A stretch of DNA of 64,000 nt from Candidatus Latescibacterota bacterium. Lineage in GTDB: Bacteria > Latescibacterota > UBA2968 > GCA-2709665. The translations under genes and the position numbers were made by a program. A model generated the notes under the pieces. The model saw only the letters and a list, made by a program, of their open reading frames with translations. It made no database searches and was not told the DNA's origin. Positions 10,227 to 19,437 of this stretch are shown piece after piece. The stretch lies in the NCBI GenBank assembly GCA_963662665.2, contig CAXXJS010000051.1, positions 1 through 64,000 of the forward strand. Reading direction: 5' to 3'. Every line of letters starts with the position of its first letter. The first letter of the stretch is position 1.

Positions 10227-11009
10227 GTGCACCGACGAGCAGTGTTAGCAACTATCGTCCTCGCGTTTCTCTTGCTTGCCTCGACGGGTCTGGCGGCAGA
10301 ACAAAGGGACGTGGACGTGGAGGACCTTCGGCGGCGGGCCTTGAAAGGCGAGGCCGAGGCGCAATACCTGCTTGGGATCATGTCCGCCAACGCCATTGGT
10401 GTCAATCAGGACTTCGCGGAGGCGGTCAGATGGTACCGTCTCGCCGCCAGGCAGGGTCACGCGGCGGCGCAGACCGGCCTCGGGTGGATGTACGCCCACG
10501 GTCTGGGCGTCGAAAGGGACCCCGCGGAGGCAATCAAATGGTACCACGCCGCAGCCGCTCAAGGACACGCCGACGCCCGGTTCAACCTGGGAACGGCGTT
10601 CGCCCGTGGCCGCGGCGTGCAGAGGGATCTCACGAAAGCGGTTGAATTTTACCGCTCTGCGGCGGACCAGGAACACGCCGGCGCGCAATACCTCCTCGGT
10701 ACCATCTACGCCAACGCCCGCGGTGTGCCCCGGGACTATGCAGAGGCGTTGAAATGGTTCCGCAGGGCAGTCGACCAGGGCTTTGTACGAGCGCGGTCAC
10801 AACTCGGGATGATGTACGCTCTGGGCCTGGGCGTGGACCGGGACGACGTTTCAGCCCACGCCCATTGCAGTCTGGCCGCCGCTGCCGGTGACAGCCTCGG
10901 CAGCGTTGTGCGGGACAATCTGGAAACGTCGATGACGCCCGCGCAGATCGCCGAAGCCCGGCGACTCGCGCAAGAGTGGAGCAGGAAAGCGAAGTCTACT
11001 CAGGAATAA
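10227..11009 (+). CDS. Secreted Sel1-like repeat protein
   Basis: Signal peptide plus about five AQyxLGxmY..GxGVxxDxxEAxxWYrxAAxQG repeats. Confidence 0.9.
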   Translation: MHRRAVLATIVLAFLLLASTGLAAEQRDVDVEDLRRRALKGEAEAQYLLGIMSANAIGVNQDFAEAVRWYRLAARQGHAAAQTGLGWMYAHGLGVERDPAEAIKWYHAAAAQGHADARFNLGTAFARGRGVQRDLTKAVEFYRSAADQEHAGAQYLLGTIYANARGVPRDYAEALKWFRRAVDQGFVRARSQLGMMYALGLGVDRDDVSAHAHCSLAAAAGDSLGSVVRDNLETSMTPAQIAEARRLAQEWSRKAKSTQE

Positions 11010-11040
11010 TTGGCTTAGCCCAAGTTTCGGTGTAAGAAAC

Positions 11041-11066
11041 GAAAAGGCCCCGGAATTGCGGGGCCT
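11041..11066 (-). terminator. Intrinsic terminator, minus strand
   Basis: AGGCCCC-loop-GGGGCCT hairpin followed by TTTTC on the minus strand. Confidence 0.55.
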
Positions 11067-11072
11067 ATATTT

Positions 11073-11225
11073 GTGCCCGGGTCGAACTGGATTCACGCGG
11101 TCCCCGTGAGTAACGGGACGCTGCCAGGCCGGGAAACGCTGCGGTTTCCACCACCGCCGTAGAAGGCCGCGACTCACCCTCAAAGGGGAGTGATTGTGAC
11201 GGGACCGCCGACGAGCGCCGGGCGC
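11073..11225. ncRNA. Candidate structured RNA, family unassigned
   Basis: Nested complementary segments 11073-11080/11218-11225 and 11097-11104/11201-11208 plus internal hairpins; no credible ORF. Confidence 0.35.
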
Positions 11226-11292
11226 TTTCAGGACATAAACATCTGCCTCGTTACCGTGATGGTTGGATTCGCTATCGGCACCGCAGCGTTGC

Positions 11293-11916
11293 TCATTCAG
11301 CCAACTGTCTCTTGCTCAGATCAATGGAAACGGAAAGTCGAGGATCTCCAATAGGGTCGCCCTGCCTCGGATGTTCGAGAAACGTAATGCTATCATAGAA
11401 GTCATCCAACGCCACAAATACACCGTATTGTTCAGCCCATTCCCTCATCCTTCGATTGCAGCTGTACTTCCACGAAACGACCTCAATACGCCATCCCCGC
11501 TTCTGCATTCGAGACAAATCCGCGTGAAATCCAACGCCATCCAAAAAACCCGCGCCATCGCCGGTCAACATGACGACTGTGCCTGGGTCTCCGTTGTTGT
11601 CGAAACCATCACGCAACATTTCTGTCTGCAATATCTGGTCTACTCCCTGTTCGCGTCCATACAGGGTACCTCGTTCCAGCAGCTTCACCTCCACACCGCT
11701 GTTTTCCAATCGATTCCAGACGCTTCTCAATTCAGGTGGGACCGAACCTGCTGCAACAGCCCGCCTGACAGTTCGCCCCGCGTGCGCCAACTTCAACATA
11801 TTCGGGAAATGTATCCGTACGCGTGATCGGGCTGCTTCGCCTTCCCGGTCAACAGCAACGTCCTGAGCGCCAATAAAGATGTTAGAATTATCCCAATAGA
11901 TGAAAACACCGCCCAT
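11293..11916 (-). CDS. NYN (LabA/DUF88, PIN-fold) domain protein
   Basis: IYWDNSNIF, EQGVD, MLTGDG.GF and GWRIEVVSW motifs. Confidence 0.85.
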   Translation of the reverse strand: MGGVFIYWDNSNIFIGAQDVAVDREGEAARSRVRIHFPNMLKLAHAGRTVRRAVAAGSVPPELRSVWNRLENSGVEVKLLERGTLYGREQGVDQILQTEMLRDGFDNNGDPGTVVMLTGDGAGFLDGVGFHADLSRMQKRGWRIEVVSWKYSCNRRMREWAEQYGVFVALDDFYDSITFLEHPRQGDPIGDPRLSVSIDLSKRQLAE

Positions 11917-12126
11917 CTTTCGTTACCCCCGTATCTTGCCAATCCGTGAATCGAGAGGTCGTTCCATTGTGGCAGGCAATTCGGCCCCTTATTTCTCCCG
12001 TACACGTGCCGTTTGCGTTTGCATCTCGTTTCCCATCCTCTACATCTCCACTCGCAGTGCCACCAATCAAGCTTGTCGATTGTCCTGCATCTGCAGTAAT
12101 CCGTTTTTGGAAATCTCCACAATTTC

Positions 12127-12540
12127 ATGGCGTCTTGTCAAGTAGAAACGTCCTTTCGATCCGTCGGCACGCTCTGCTACCTTGTCGGCCTCAAGGATCC
12201 GGAACATGCTGCCTCAGGCCCCATGGGCGGCGCCATCCTGGAAACGGCGGTCCTGTCAGAAATCGTTCGGAACTTGACCCATCGCGGTATTGATCCGCAG
12301 GTCTATTTCTGGAGAACCACGGCGGGAACGGAAGTCGATTTCCTGGTTCAAACAGGCGCAGGGATCGTTCCCATCGAGGTAAAGTTGTCCGCTGTGCCGC
12401 GCCCGGCAATGGCCTCCGCTATCAGGAAATTCCAGCGCGACAGGAAAGGCGGATCGAAACCGGGTTACATCGTGCATCCGGGCGACGTCCGCTTGCCGCT
12501 GGGACCATCTGTTACCGCCGTCCCTTTTGCCGACCTGTAG
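12127..12540 (+). pseudogene. C-terminal DUF4143 fragment of an AAA+ ATPase
   Basis: GAILETAV...YFWRTTAGTEVDF...PIEVK present but the ATPase domain is missing; a full-length relative lies at 44486-45670. Confidence 0.75.
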
Positions 12541-12711
12541 CATTGAGCCAATGTTCAAATGAATCAGAAAACAACGAGGCCCTCGGAAACGCCGGGGGCC
12601 ATTTTCATTTAAGATTACCGAATTGATTCTATGTGTGCTGTTGTTCCTGACAGTCCACCTTCAGTTCGTAGTCTCGCACCTGCATCCGGGCGAGACTTCC
12701 GCATCGGCCGT

Positions 12712-14226
12712 TCATCGATTCGCCGTATGCGCGATGGTTTCCACGAACTCGGGCGCTTCAACGTCCTCGAAGCGCCTCTCGATGATTGAGACCGCGTCGT
12801 TTTTCTTCCAGGTTTCCCAGTTCTTCCTGATGGCGCCGCGCGCGTTTTCGACGAGTCGGTCCGGTTCCGGGTGAACGATCACAAACCGCCGTCCGTCCTT
12901 GCCGTCGTACCAATCGATCAACTCGCTGTTGACGCCCCCGTCGTCGAAGCCGTACCCACAGACAACCATCGTATTCGCACGTCCAATCGTCGACCGGAAG
13001 CAATAGCGTAGTTCGCGGAATATCCCGGATCCATGTTCCGGGACCGCGTTCGTCGGACCGATCAGCAAAATCCGCGGGCTATGTTCCGCGTACAGAAAGC
13101 TGCCCTCATCGCCAATGCGCAGAGGATAGAGATTGTGAGGGACGCGCCTGATCTGCCCGTCCGTATAGCGGTACCAATCCACGGAGCCGCGCAGCTTCAG
13201 AAACGGAATCGCAACATCCGCGGGGACGTTGCCGGTCCAGAGCGAAACGGCATCCTGTTGTACCGTAAATCCGTCGACGAGCACGATCTCCCGACCTCTC
13301 AGAAACGTCTCGACGTGCGTCTCGTGGCTCAGCGTCGCCAGACTGGCGACATTGAAAGCCTTACAGGCGTGTTCGATGGCGTTCAGATGCCGTACCCGAT
13401 CCTGCGCAGGTTGATGTATCACCAGGCTCTGTGAAACGACGTCCGCAACGTATTTACATGTTTCCCTCATCAGGATTTCCAGGTCGTGGGTCACGGTCGG
13501 CTCGATCAGGCCGGCGCCAACGCCGTTTGCCTCCGTCGCGGTTGCGGCCATCGACGACATCCCGGCTCTCAGGTCATCGACGAACCCGCCGAGCGCCGGG
13601 TTCTCCATCTCGCCGCACGCTTCATCCAACGCCTGACGCGCCAGGAAGTAGATGTCCTCGTAGTCGCCCCGTCTCCCGCCGTGAGCCGACAGGTACGCGT
13701 CCGCCTCGGCGCCCAATCGTTCCGCAATGCCGGCGGGAACCTTCACGGCCTCCACCCTTGGCTCATCTCCGCCACTGATGTAGAAACACCCATCGCCGTG
13801 CCGGGTAACGCCACGGCCCGAAACAACAATGTCGGTCAGTTCTTGCGTGGACGGAAAGCCCGCGGCTACAGACGCGCCCGCACCCAGCAATAATGCGATA
13901 TTGGTATTCCTGTAAACACCATGTCCTTCCCACAACGTGGGTTGCGGCTGATAGCGTTCGACTTCGATGCTGTCTTCCTGCTGGCGGGCCTGCAGGAGAT
14001 CGTAGGACGTCTGTCTCCGCAACCAGTCCTCGGCGTCGGACCAGCCGGCCTTCTCCAATCGAATCGCCATCTCGGGCGAGATGGCCGCGTGCCCGTTGAG
14101 CACCCGCGATAGCGTGTGACGTGCCACGCCCAACACCCTCGCGGCGTCGGTGACGTTGAGGCAGAGCGGGTCGAGCCAGTTCTCTACAATGCTGAGACCG
14201 GGATGATGCGGTTTCTCCACAGCCAT
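12712..14226 (-). CDS. HigA/VapI-type HTH fused to a SIR2-like domain with degenerate motifs
   Basis: N-terminal HPG...VTDAARVLGVARHTLSRVLNGHAAISPEMAIRLEKA; then LLLGAGAS, TLSHE, KLRGS, CGYGFDD. Confidence 0.8.
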   Translation of the reverse strand: MAVEKPHHPGLSIVENWLDPLCLNVTDAARVLGVARHTLSRVLNGHAAISPEMAIRLEKAGWSDAEDWLRRQTSYDLLQARQQEDSIEVERYQPQPTLWEGHGVYRNTNIALLLGAGASVAAGFPSTQELTDIVVSGRGVTRHGDGCFYISGGDEPRVEAVKVPAGIAERLGAEADAYLSAHGGRRGDYEDIYFLARQALDEACGEMENPALGGFVDDLRAGMSSMAATATEANGVGAGLIEPTVTHDLEILMRETCKYVADVVSQSLVIHQPAQDRVRHLNAIEHACKAFNVASLATLSHETHVETFLRGREIVLVDGFTVQQDAVSLWTGNVPADVAIPFLKLRGSVDWYRYTDGQIRRVPHNLYPLRIGDEGSFLYAEHSPRILLIGPTNAVPEHGSGIFRELRYCFRSTIGRANTMVVCGYGFDDGGVNSELIDWYDGKDGRRFVIVHPEPDRLVENARGAIRKNWETWKKNDAVSIIERRFEDVEAPEFVETIAHTANR

Positions 14227-14800
14227 GACATTTGTCCCTCGGCGGTTGTGGTTATACAGCTCGACGCCGTACGCTGCGCCCTCCGCGTAATATCGTTGTT
14301 AATTCGGCAGTCGACTGATTCACAAAAAGTTACAATCCCGATAGATCGTGTAAGGGGGAGTGACTTCGAAGATATTTATCCGAGGGAGGGCGTTCTGCAG
14401 GACATCTCCGGGCGGGGACTCTCCTGAATTTACGTGTCTATACCCAACGTAAAAGGCCGCGTTGATGGAGAATGTTGCGTTTTTATAAATGTATCGCGTA
14501 CCGGTACGCGCGTCAAGTGGATTCGTGCCCGCCCGGACCACGGGCGCGCATTGTATATTCGATATAAGAGGCGGGTCGAGAATATCAAAGGCTGACGCTG
14601 ACGGAATTTCGGAGATTGACAGTTCGCGGTTCAGATTTGGGGCAGGCATTCGTGCAATTTACAGCACCGACACGCCATCGGTCCGCGCCGCCTTTTCGTC
14701 GAAGCTGTATAGCGGATTGGCTCCGGTGCGTTACGATACGTTCGTTTCTTAAGGAGGCCCTTTCGAATCGTTCGTCCTGGAATCGATGCACTCCAGTCCG

Positions 14801-14845
14801 AAAAAGCGAGACCCCGACGGGAACTTCCATCGGGGTCCTTTTGTG
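14801..14845. terminator. Bidirectional intrinsic terminator downstream of coaE
   Basis: AAAAAGCGAGACCCCGA-loop-TCGGGGTCCTTTT. Confidence 0.6.
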
Positions 14846-14916
14846 TTCTGCGCGGAGGCGGGTGGCGCATCCGGTCTGATGACTATCGGTCTCGTGACTT
14901 TCCGGAAGTCACTCTC

Positions 14917-15513
14917 TTACAATTCCAAAATCCGTCGCCAGACCGCCAGCGCCCGTGTCTCCAGGTTCGCCACCGATCCCGCGTTTTCTATGACGTAGTC
15001 CGCGGCCTTAACCTTCTCCGATTCTGACATCTGTGACGCCATCCGGTCCCGGACCTCGGCTTCGGACAGCCCCTTCCGTTCCATGGCCCGCCGAATCCGG
15101 ACCCCCTCCGGCGCCGTGACAACCACCAGAACGTTGCACAGTTCGCGATGGTCGCCCCACTCCAGGAACAGCGCGGCGTCGATCACAACGGACCTGCCCG
15201 GACACTCGTCGAGAGCGCGACGGGAATCCTCCCGCAACATACGTCCAAGAGGCGGCCATACAATGGCATTCAGCCGGTCCCGCGCCTCAGCCGAAGCGAA
15301 CGCGCGCCGCCCCAGTTCCCGGCGGACAAGGACCCCATTTTCATCAAGAATATCCCCGCCGAAACTATCGGCCAGCGCCCGCAGAACCGCCGGGTCTTCC
15401 ACCGCATCGCGCCCCACCTCGTCCGCCTCGATCACGTACGCGCCCTCCCGGGCGAAAACGTCGCACACCCGGCTCTTGCCCGCACCAATGCCTCCAGTAA
15501 CCCCGACAATCAC
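14917..15513 (-). CDS. coaE: Dephospho-CoA kinase
   Basis: VGVTGGIGAGKS P-loop, RLNAIVWP, DAALFLE, ADYVIEN. Confidence 0.93.
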   Translation of the reverse strand: MIVGVTGGIGAGKSRVCDVFAREGAYVIEADEVGRDAVEDPAVLRALADSFGGDILDENGVLVRRELGRRAFASAEARDRLNAIVWPPLGRMLREDSRRALDECPGRSVVIDAALFLEWGDHRELCNVLVVVTAPEGVRIRRAMERKGLSEAEVRDRMASQMSESEKVKAADYVIENAGSVANLETRALAVWRRILEL

Positions 15514-16454
15514 GACCGGTCCCCGGGTCGACGTACCCGCAATCGCAGGCGCAGCGGCAGCGCGTCTTCGGGAGACTCCTCATCCCAGCGTTCGATCACC
15601 CGCCTGTTGCGGACCCGCACCGCAACGAACACGCCGATGAGCAGCAACGTCATGTAAAGCCAGAAAGCCTCCGCAGAGGTCAGCAAGGCCGTTGTACTGA
15701 ACCTTCCCTTTGCGTATTGGGCCCACTCCCGTTCGAACTTCCGCGGCGTGAACCCGGTAAGCCGATACAGAGCGACGTCGAACGAAACCCCGGTCTTGAG
15801 GGAGTGCACGATCTGAGCCACGGCGTTGGGACCGCCCAGGTGGATCAGGTACAGGACGGCAAGCAGGCTTTCGGTATACGCCAGCCTCGCCTTTGAAGAC
15901 GAAAAACCGAGGACCCCCTCGATTTCCGCCAGCGGAACCAGCCCGCCCGAAAAGATCGCGTAGGAGACCTCGGTGCTTTCCCGCAGTCGCCATTCCTGCG
16001 CGGCCCACATAGCCACGCCTTCGTCGAACCAGCGCGGAACCCGCGCCTGCGTCAGTTGATACAGCAGAATATGAGAGATTTCGTGCCGGGCCGTTTTCAG
16101 GACCTGCCCGCGTTGCCCCGGCAGCAGGCGCAACACGGCGATCCGTTCTTCGGGGAAGGCGCAACCTGCCCCCCAGTGGGGCACGCGCCCCCGCGTAACA
16201 GCCTGAAAGAGCGACTGCGAACCGGCCACGTAGATGATAATTGGGACATCCCCACCACCGCCCAGCTTTTCCGCGACATCGGACCTACCGATGATCAATT
16301 CATCCAGCAGGCCCCGCGCAAACGTGCGATCGACGTCCTGAAACCGCACCGACAGTCCCTCCCGTTCGAGCCGCTCCCAGCCCGCCGCGGCCGGAACCGG
16401 CCGGAAGACCAGGCAGACCACCCAGATCAACGGGCAGAACCGCCGGGCGATCAT
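15510..16454 (-). CDS. Membrane-anchored peptidase MA-like metallopeptidase
   Basis: Signal peptide, HEISH (HEXXH), PRWFDEGVA, C-terminal TM helix. Confidence 0.78.
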   Translation of the reverse strand: MIARRFCPLIWVVCLVFRPVPAAAGWERLEREGLSVRFQDVDRTFARGLLDELIIGRSDVAEKLGGGGDVPIIIYVAGSQSLFQAVTRGRVPHWGAGCAFPEERIAVLRLLPGQRGQVLKTARHEISHILLYQLTQARVPRWFDEGVAMWAAQEWRLRESTEVSYAIFSGGLVPLAEIEGVLGFSSSKARLAYTESLLAVLYLIHLGGPNAVAQIVHSLKTGVSFDVALYRLTGFTPRKFEREWAQYAKGRFSTTALLTSAEAFWLYMTLLLIGVFVAVRVRNRRVIERWDEESPEDALPLRLRLRVRRPGDRS

Positions 16455-17314
16455 CGTCGTTTCCTGTGACCCAGAAACTTGAAGAAGTCCGTGCGCAGGG
16501 GCAGCACGACCGTGGTCGTGCCCTGGGTGAGCGTGCGTTCGTAGGCCTCGAGCGTACGTTGAAACTCGTAGAATCGGGGGTCTTTCTGGAACGCCTTCGC
16601 GTAGATCGCCAGCGCTTCGGCATCGCCCTGTCCCCTGATAAGCTGCGACTTCTGGAACGCGTCGGACGTGATGCGCGTAACCTCAAGGTCGGTCTCGGCG
16701 CGGATCTTGAGGGCCGCCTCTTCACCCTCGGCGCGATATTCCTTCGCCTGCCGGGCGCGCTCCGCCCTCATCCGGTCGAACACGTTCTTCTTGTTTTCCT
16801 CGGGCAGGTCGGCTCGTTTGACACGCACGTCCACCACCTCTATGCCCAGTTCCTCCGCGTCCTGGCGCGATCGCTTCGTGACCTTATCCATAATTACTTT
16901 CCGATTCCCGGAGACGATTTCAGTAAGCGTCCGTCTGCCCAACTCCTCCCGTACGGCCGCGTAGATGATATCGTCCAGGCGGGATTGGGCGCCGCGCACC
17001 GTCTGCACGGACTTCAGGAATTTCAACGGATTGACGATTCGCCACCTGGCGAAATTGTCCACAATCAGGTTTTTTTTGTCCGACGTGTAAATAGGCGCCG
17101 GTTCGGCGTCGCTATACAGCAGGCGGTTATCGAAGGAGTGAAGCCGTTCCACAAACGGGACTTTCCAGTGCAGGCCCGGGCTCCGGATGGTGCGCCTGGG
17201 CTCGCCCAGCCGGGTTACGACCACCTGCTCACGTTCGTCCACGGTGAACAGGACCGATTCGATAAGGAGACCCGCCACCACGACCGCCACGATTGCCTTG
17301 ATTAACGATTTCAT
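16451..17314 (-). CDS. hflC: Protease modulator HflC
   Basis: SPFH domain; TSDKKNLIVD, RMRAER, FYEFQRTLEAY; follows hflK. Confidence 0.93.
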   Translation of the reverse strand: MKSLIKAIVAVVVAGLLIESVLFTVDEREQVVVTRLGEPRRTIRSPGLHWKVPFVERLHSFDNRLLYSDAEPAPIYTSDKKNLIVDNFARWRIVNPLKFLKSVQTVRGAQSRLDDIIYAAVREELGRRTLTEIVSGNRKVIMDKVTKRSRQDAEELGIEVVDVRVKRADLPEENKKNVFDRMRAERARQAKEYRAEGEEAALKIRAETDLEVTRITSDAFQKSQLIRGQGDAEALAIYAKAFQKDPRFYEFQRTLEAYERTLTQGTTTVVLPLRTDFFKFLGHRKRR

Positions 17315-17316
17315 CC

Positions 17317-18318
17317 TTAGTTCCCTCCTGCCGTGGTCGGTCCGGCGGATTTTTGTGCGTTGGGCTGCAGATTCAACAGATTCAGAAAACCGCTCCCCTT
17401 GCCATCGGACTCAATCACGTATTTCTGGATACCGGGCAGAATCTTCTCCATGGTTTCCAGATAAAGCCTGACCTCGGTCACCTCTTTGGCCTTGCGGTAT
17501 TCCGTTAGCACCTCCAGGAAACGCTCCGCGTCACCCTGGGACCGCTTGACGCGTTCAACCGTATATGCCTCCGCCCCCCGGGTCATCTTCTCGGCCTCGC
17601 CCCGCGCCCTGGGGATCACTTCGTTCCGATACGCTTCGGCTTCGTTGCGCAACCGCTCCCGGTCCTCGCGGGCGCTGGCGACGTCCTTGAACGCGTGGTC
17701 CACCTCACGCGGCACGGAAACCGTCTGCAACTTCACGTTCTCCACGTGCACGCCGATCTCATAAAGCGCGAAGACGTCCTTTACCTGCTCCTCGATCTCG
17801 CCCTGGATTTTGAATTTCCCTTCGGTGAGCGCCTCGTCGATCGGGGACCGTCCAAGGACCTGCCGAAGCGCCGCTTCCACCACGCTCCGGACGGCGTGCA
17901 CCTGGTCCGCAACGTTGAACACATAGTCTTCAATGTCGCTGATCCGATACTGGACGATGAGTTCGACGTTCACGATATTCTCGTCGCCAGTGAGCATGGA
18001 CGCCTCGCGGGTCACGGTCTGATACCGGGGCGCCGGCTCCACGGCGATGGTCCGGAATCCGATCTCCACCCGCTTCACCTCGCTCACCCGCTCGATTTCC
18101 ACGGACTCGATCGGCCACGGCAGATGGTAGTGAATGCCGGGCTCCGACACCCCCATGGAGTTCCCGAACCTCAATACCACCGCCTGTTCGGCGGGCTGCA
18201 CGATGAAGATCCCGCTGAGCAGCCACAACAGGACAAGAATGCCCAGCCCGTAGTAGACCAGCCGGGGACTGAAGGACAGGTCGAAACTCGGCCGACCTGG
18301 AAAGTCATATTGTTGCAT
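17317..18318 (-). CDS. hflK: Protease modulator HflK
   Basis: MLTGDENIV, NEAEAYRNEVIPRARGEA, RLYLETME. Confidence 0.93.
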   Translation of the reverse strand: MQQYDFPGRPSFDLSFSPRLVYYGLGILVLLWLLSGIFIVQPAEQAVVLRFGNSMGVSEPGIHYHLPWPIESVEIERVSEVKRVEIGFRTIAVEPAPRYQTVTREASMLTGDENIVNVELIVQYRISDIEDYVFNVADQVHAVRSVVEAALRQVLGRSPIDEALTEGKFKIQGEIEEQVKDVFALYEIGVHVENVKLQTVSVPREVDHAFKDVASAREDRERLRNEAEAYRNEVIPRARGEAEKMTRGAEAYTVERVKRSQGDAERFLEVLTEYRKAKEVTEVRLYLETMEKILPGIQKYVIESDGKGSGFLNLLNLQPNAQKSAGPTTAGGN

Positions 18319-18398
18319 AGGACAAACCCCTGTAGAGAGTGGTCGGCAACACCCTTGCGGGATGCCGCCGGAAGGAGACGAAACGGCGTGCGAACGTC

Positions 18399-19325
18399 TT
18401 ATTGATCCAAATAGTCACCGATCCGACACATCTGCTTGACACCCCTGAGGCAGCACGTGACGCCCGCGACCCGGTTGGCGAACCGGCTTGCCGCGACCAC
18501 ACTGCCCGTTTGCAGAAACGACCACGTATAACCCATCAGGAACGCGTCTCCGCATCCGGTCTCATCCACGGGAACGTCCGCGGCCCGGGACGGGTAACCC
18601 TGAACTTCAACCCCGCCCTGCCGGTTCCTCGCGATCGAATCGGCCCCGTGTTCGCCGCGGGTAATCAACAGCGCCTTCGGTCCAAGCGCCAGTACCCGCT
18701 CGCCGAATCTCCGGGTGGCCTCGCCGCTATCGAGTGCCTCGCCCGCCAGCAATTCGCCTTCGCGTTCGTTCAACTGTACGACGTCGGCGCAGCCCAACCA
18801 CGACTCCCAGCGGGGTGGTACGCGGAAAAACCTGCGGTGATTCCCGTCGATTCCCAACGTGAGGCTGTGAACGTCCATCAGCACAAGGCCGCGCGCCGCT
18901 TTCCGGAAGGCCTGCATTGTCTGCAGTTCAAGCTCCATCCCGGTAATGAAATTGAAACAGATCGCGTCGCAGTCCAGAAACGGGAGAAGACGCCCGGCCG
19001 CAAGCGGGGCCACGTCGCCCAGAAGCGTTTCGTACTTCCGTCCCCGAGAATTGTACGTCAAAAAACAGTGGGGATTCCGTTCGGAAACGAACCGCACGCC
19101 ATCCAGGCGCACCGACGGCCAAGAACCCAGCAGATTCCGGACGTCGTCTTCGACGTCTTTGCCCACGTTGCACACCGGAAAAATCGTAGCGGATCCCACC
19201 GCGGCGAGTGCCGCGATACTGTAAAGGATCCCGCCATAACTTTCGGTGCGGATCCCGTCGGGCGTACAAATCGTATCCCGGTTGATTGATCCGACCACCG
19301 CGATACGGCGCGTGTTTCCGGACAT
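18399..19325 (-). CDS. PfkB family carbohydrate kinase
   Basis: VVGSINRD, LNEREG, ITRGEHG, DETGCGDAF. Confidence 0.88.
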   Translation of the reverse strand: MSGNTRRIAVVGSINRDTICTPDGIRTESYGGILYSIAALAAVGSATIFPVCNVGKDVEDDVRNLLGSWPSVRLDGVRFVSERNPHCFLTYNSRGRKYETLLGDVAPLAAGRLLPFLDCDAICFNFITGMELELQTMQAFRKAARGLVLMDVHSLTLGIDGNHRRFFRVPPRWESWLGCADVVQLNEREGELLAGEALDSGEATRRFGERVLALGPKALLITRGEHGADSIARNRQGGVEVQGYPSRAADVPVDETGCGDAFLMGYTWSFLQTGSVVAASRFANRVAGVTCCLRGVKQMCRIGDYLDQ

Positions 19326-19437
19326 TGCCCACCTCAGCGGGGATAGTTTTTGAATCTACCACAAATCCCGGGAGGTGTCAACCCCGAATCCCCGCTCGAT
19401 CACACCGCCCGGCACTGCCGTCCGAACGCTGCCCCCG

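Noticed and set aside
11120-11150. GCCAGGCCGGGAAACG resembling SRP RNA helix 8
   Set aside because: Lacks the AGCAG half of the conserved internal loop
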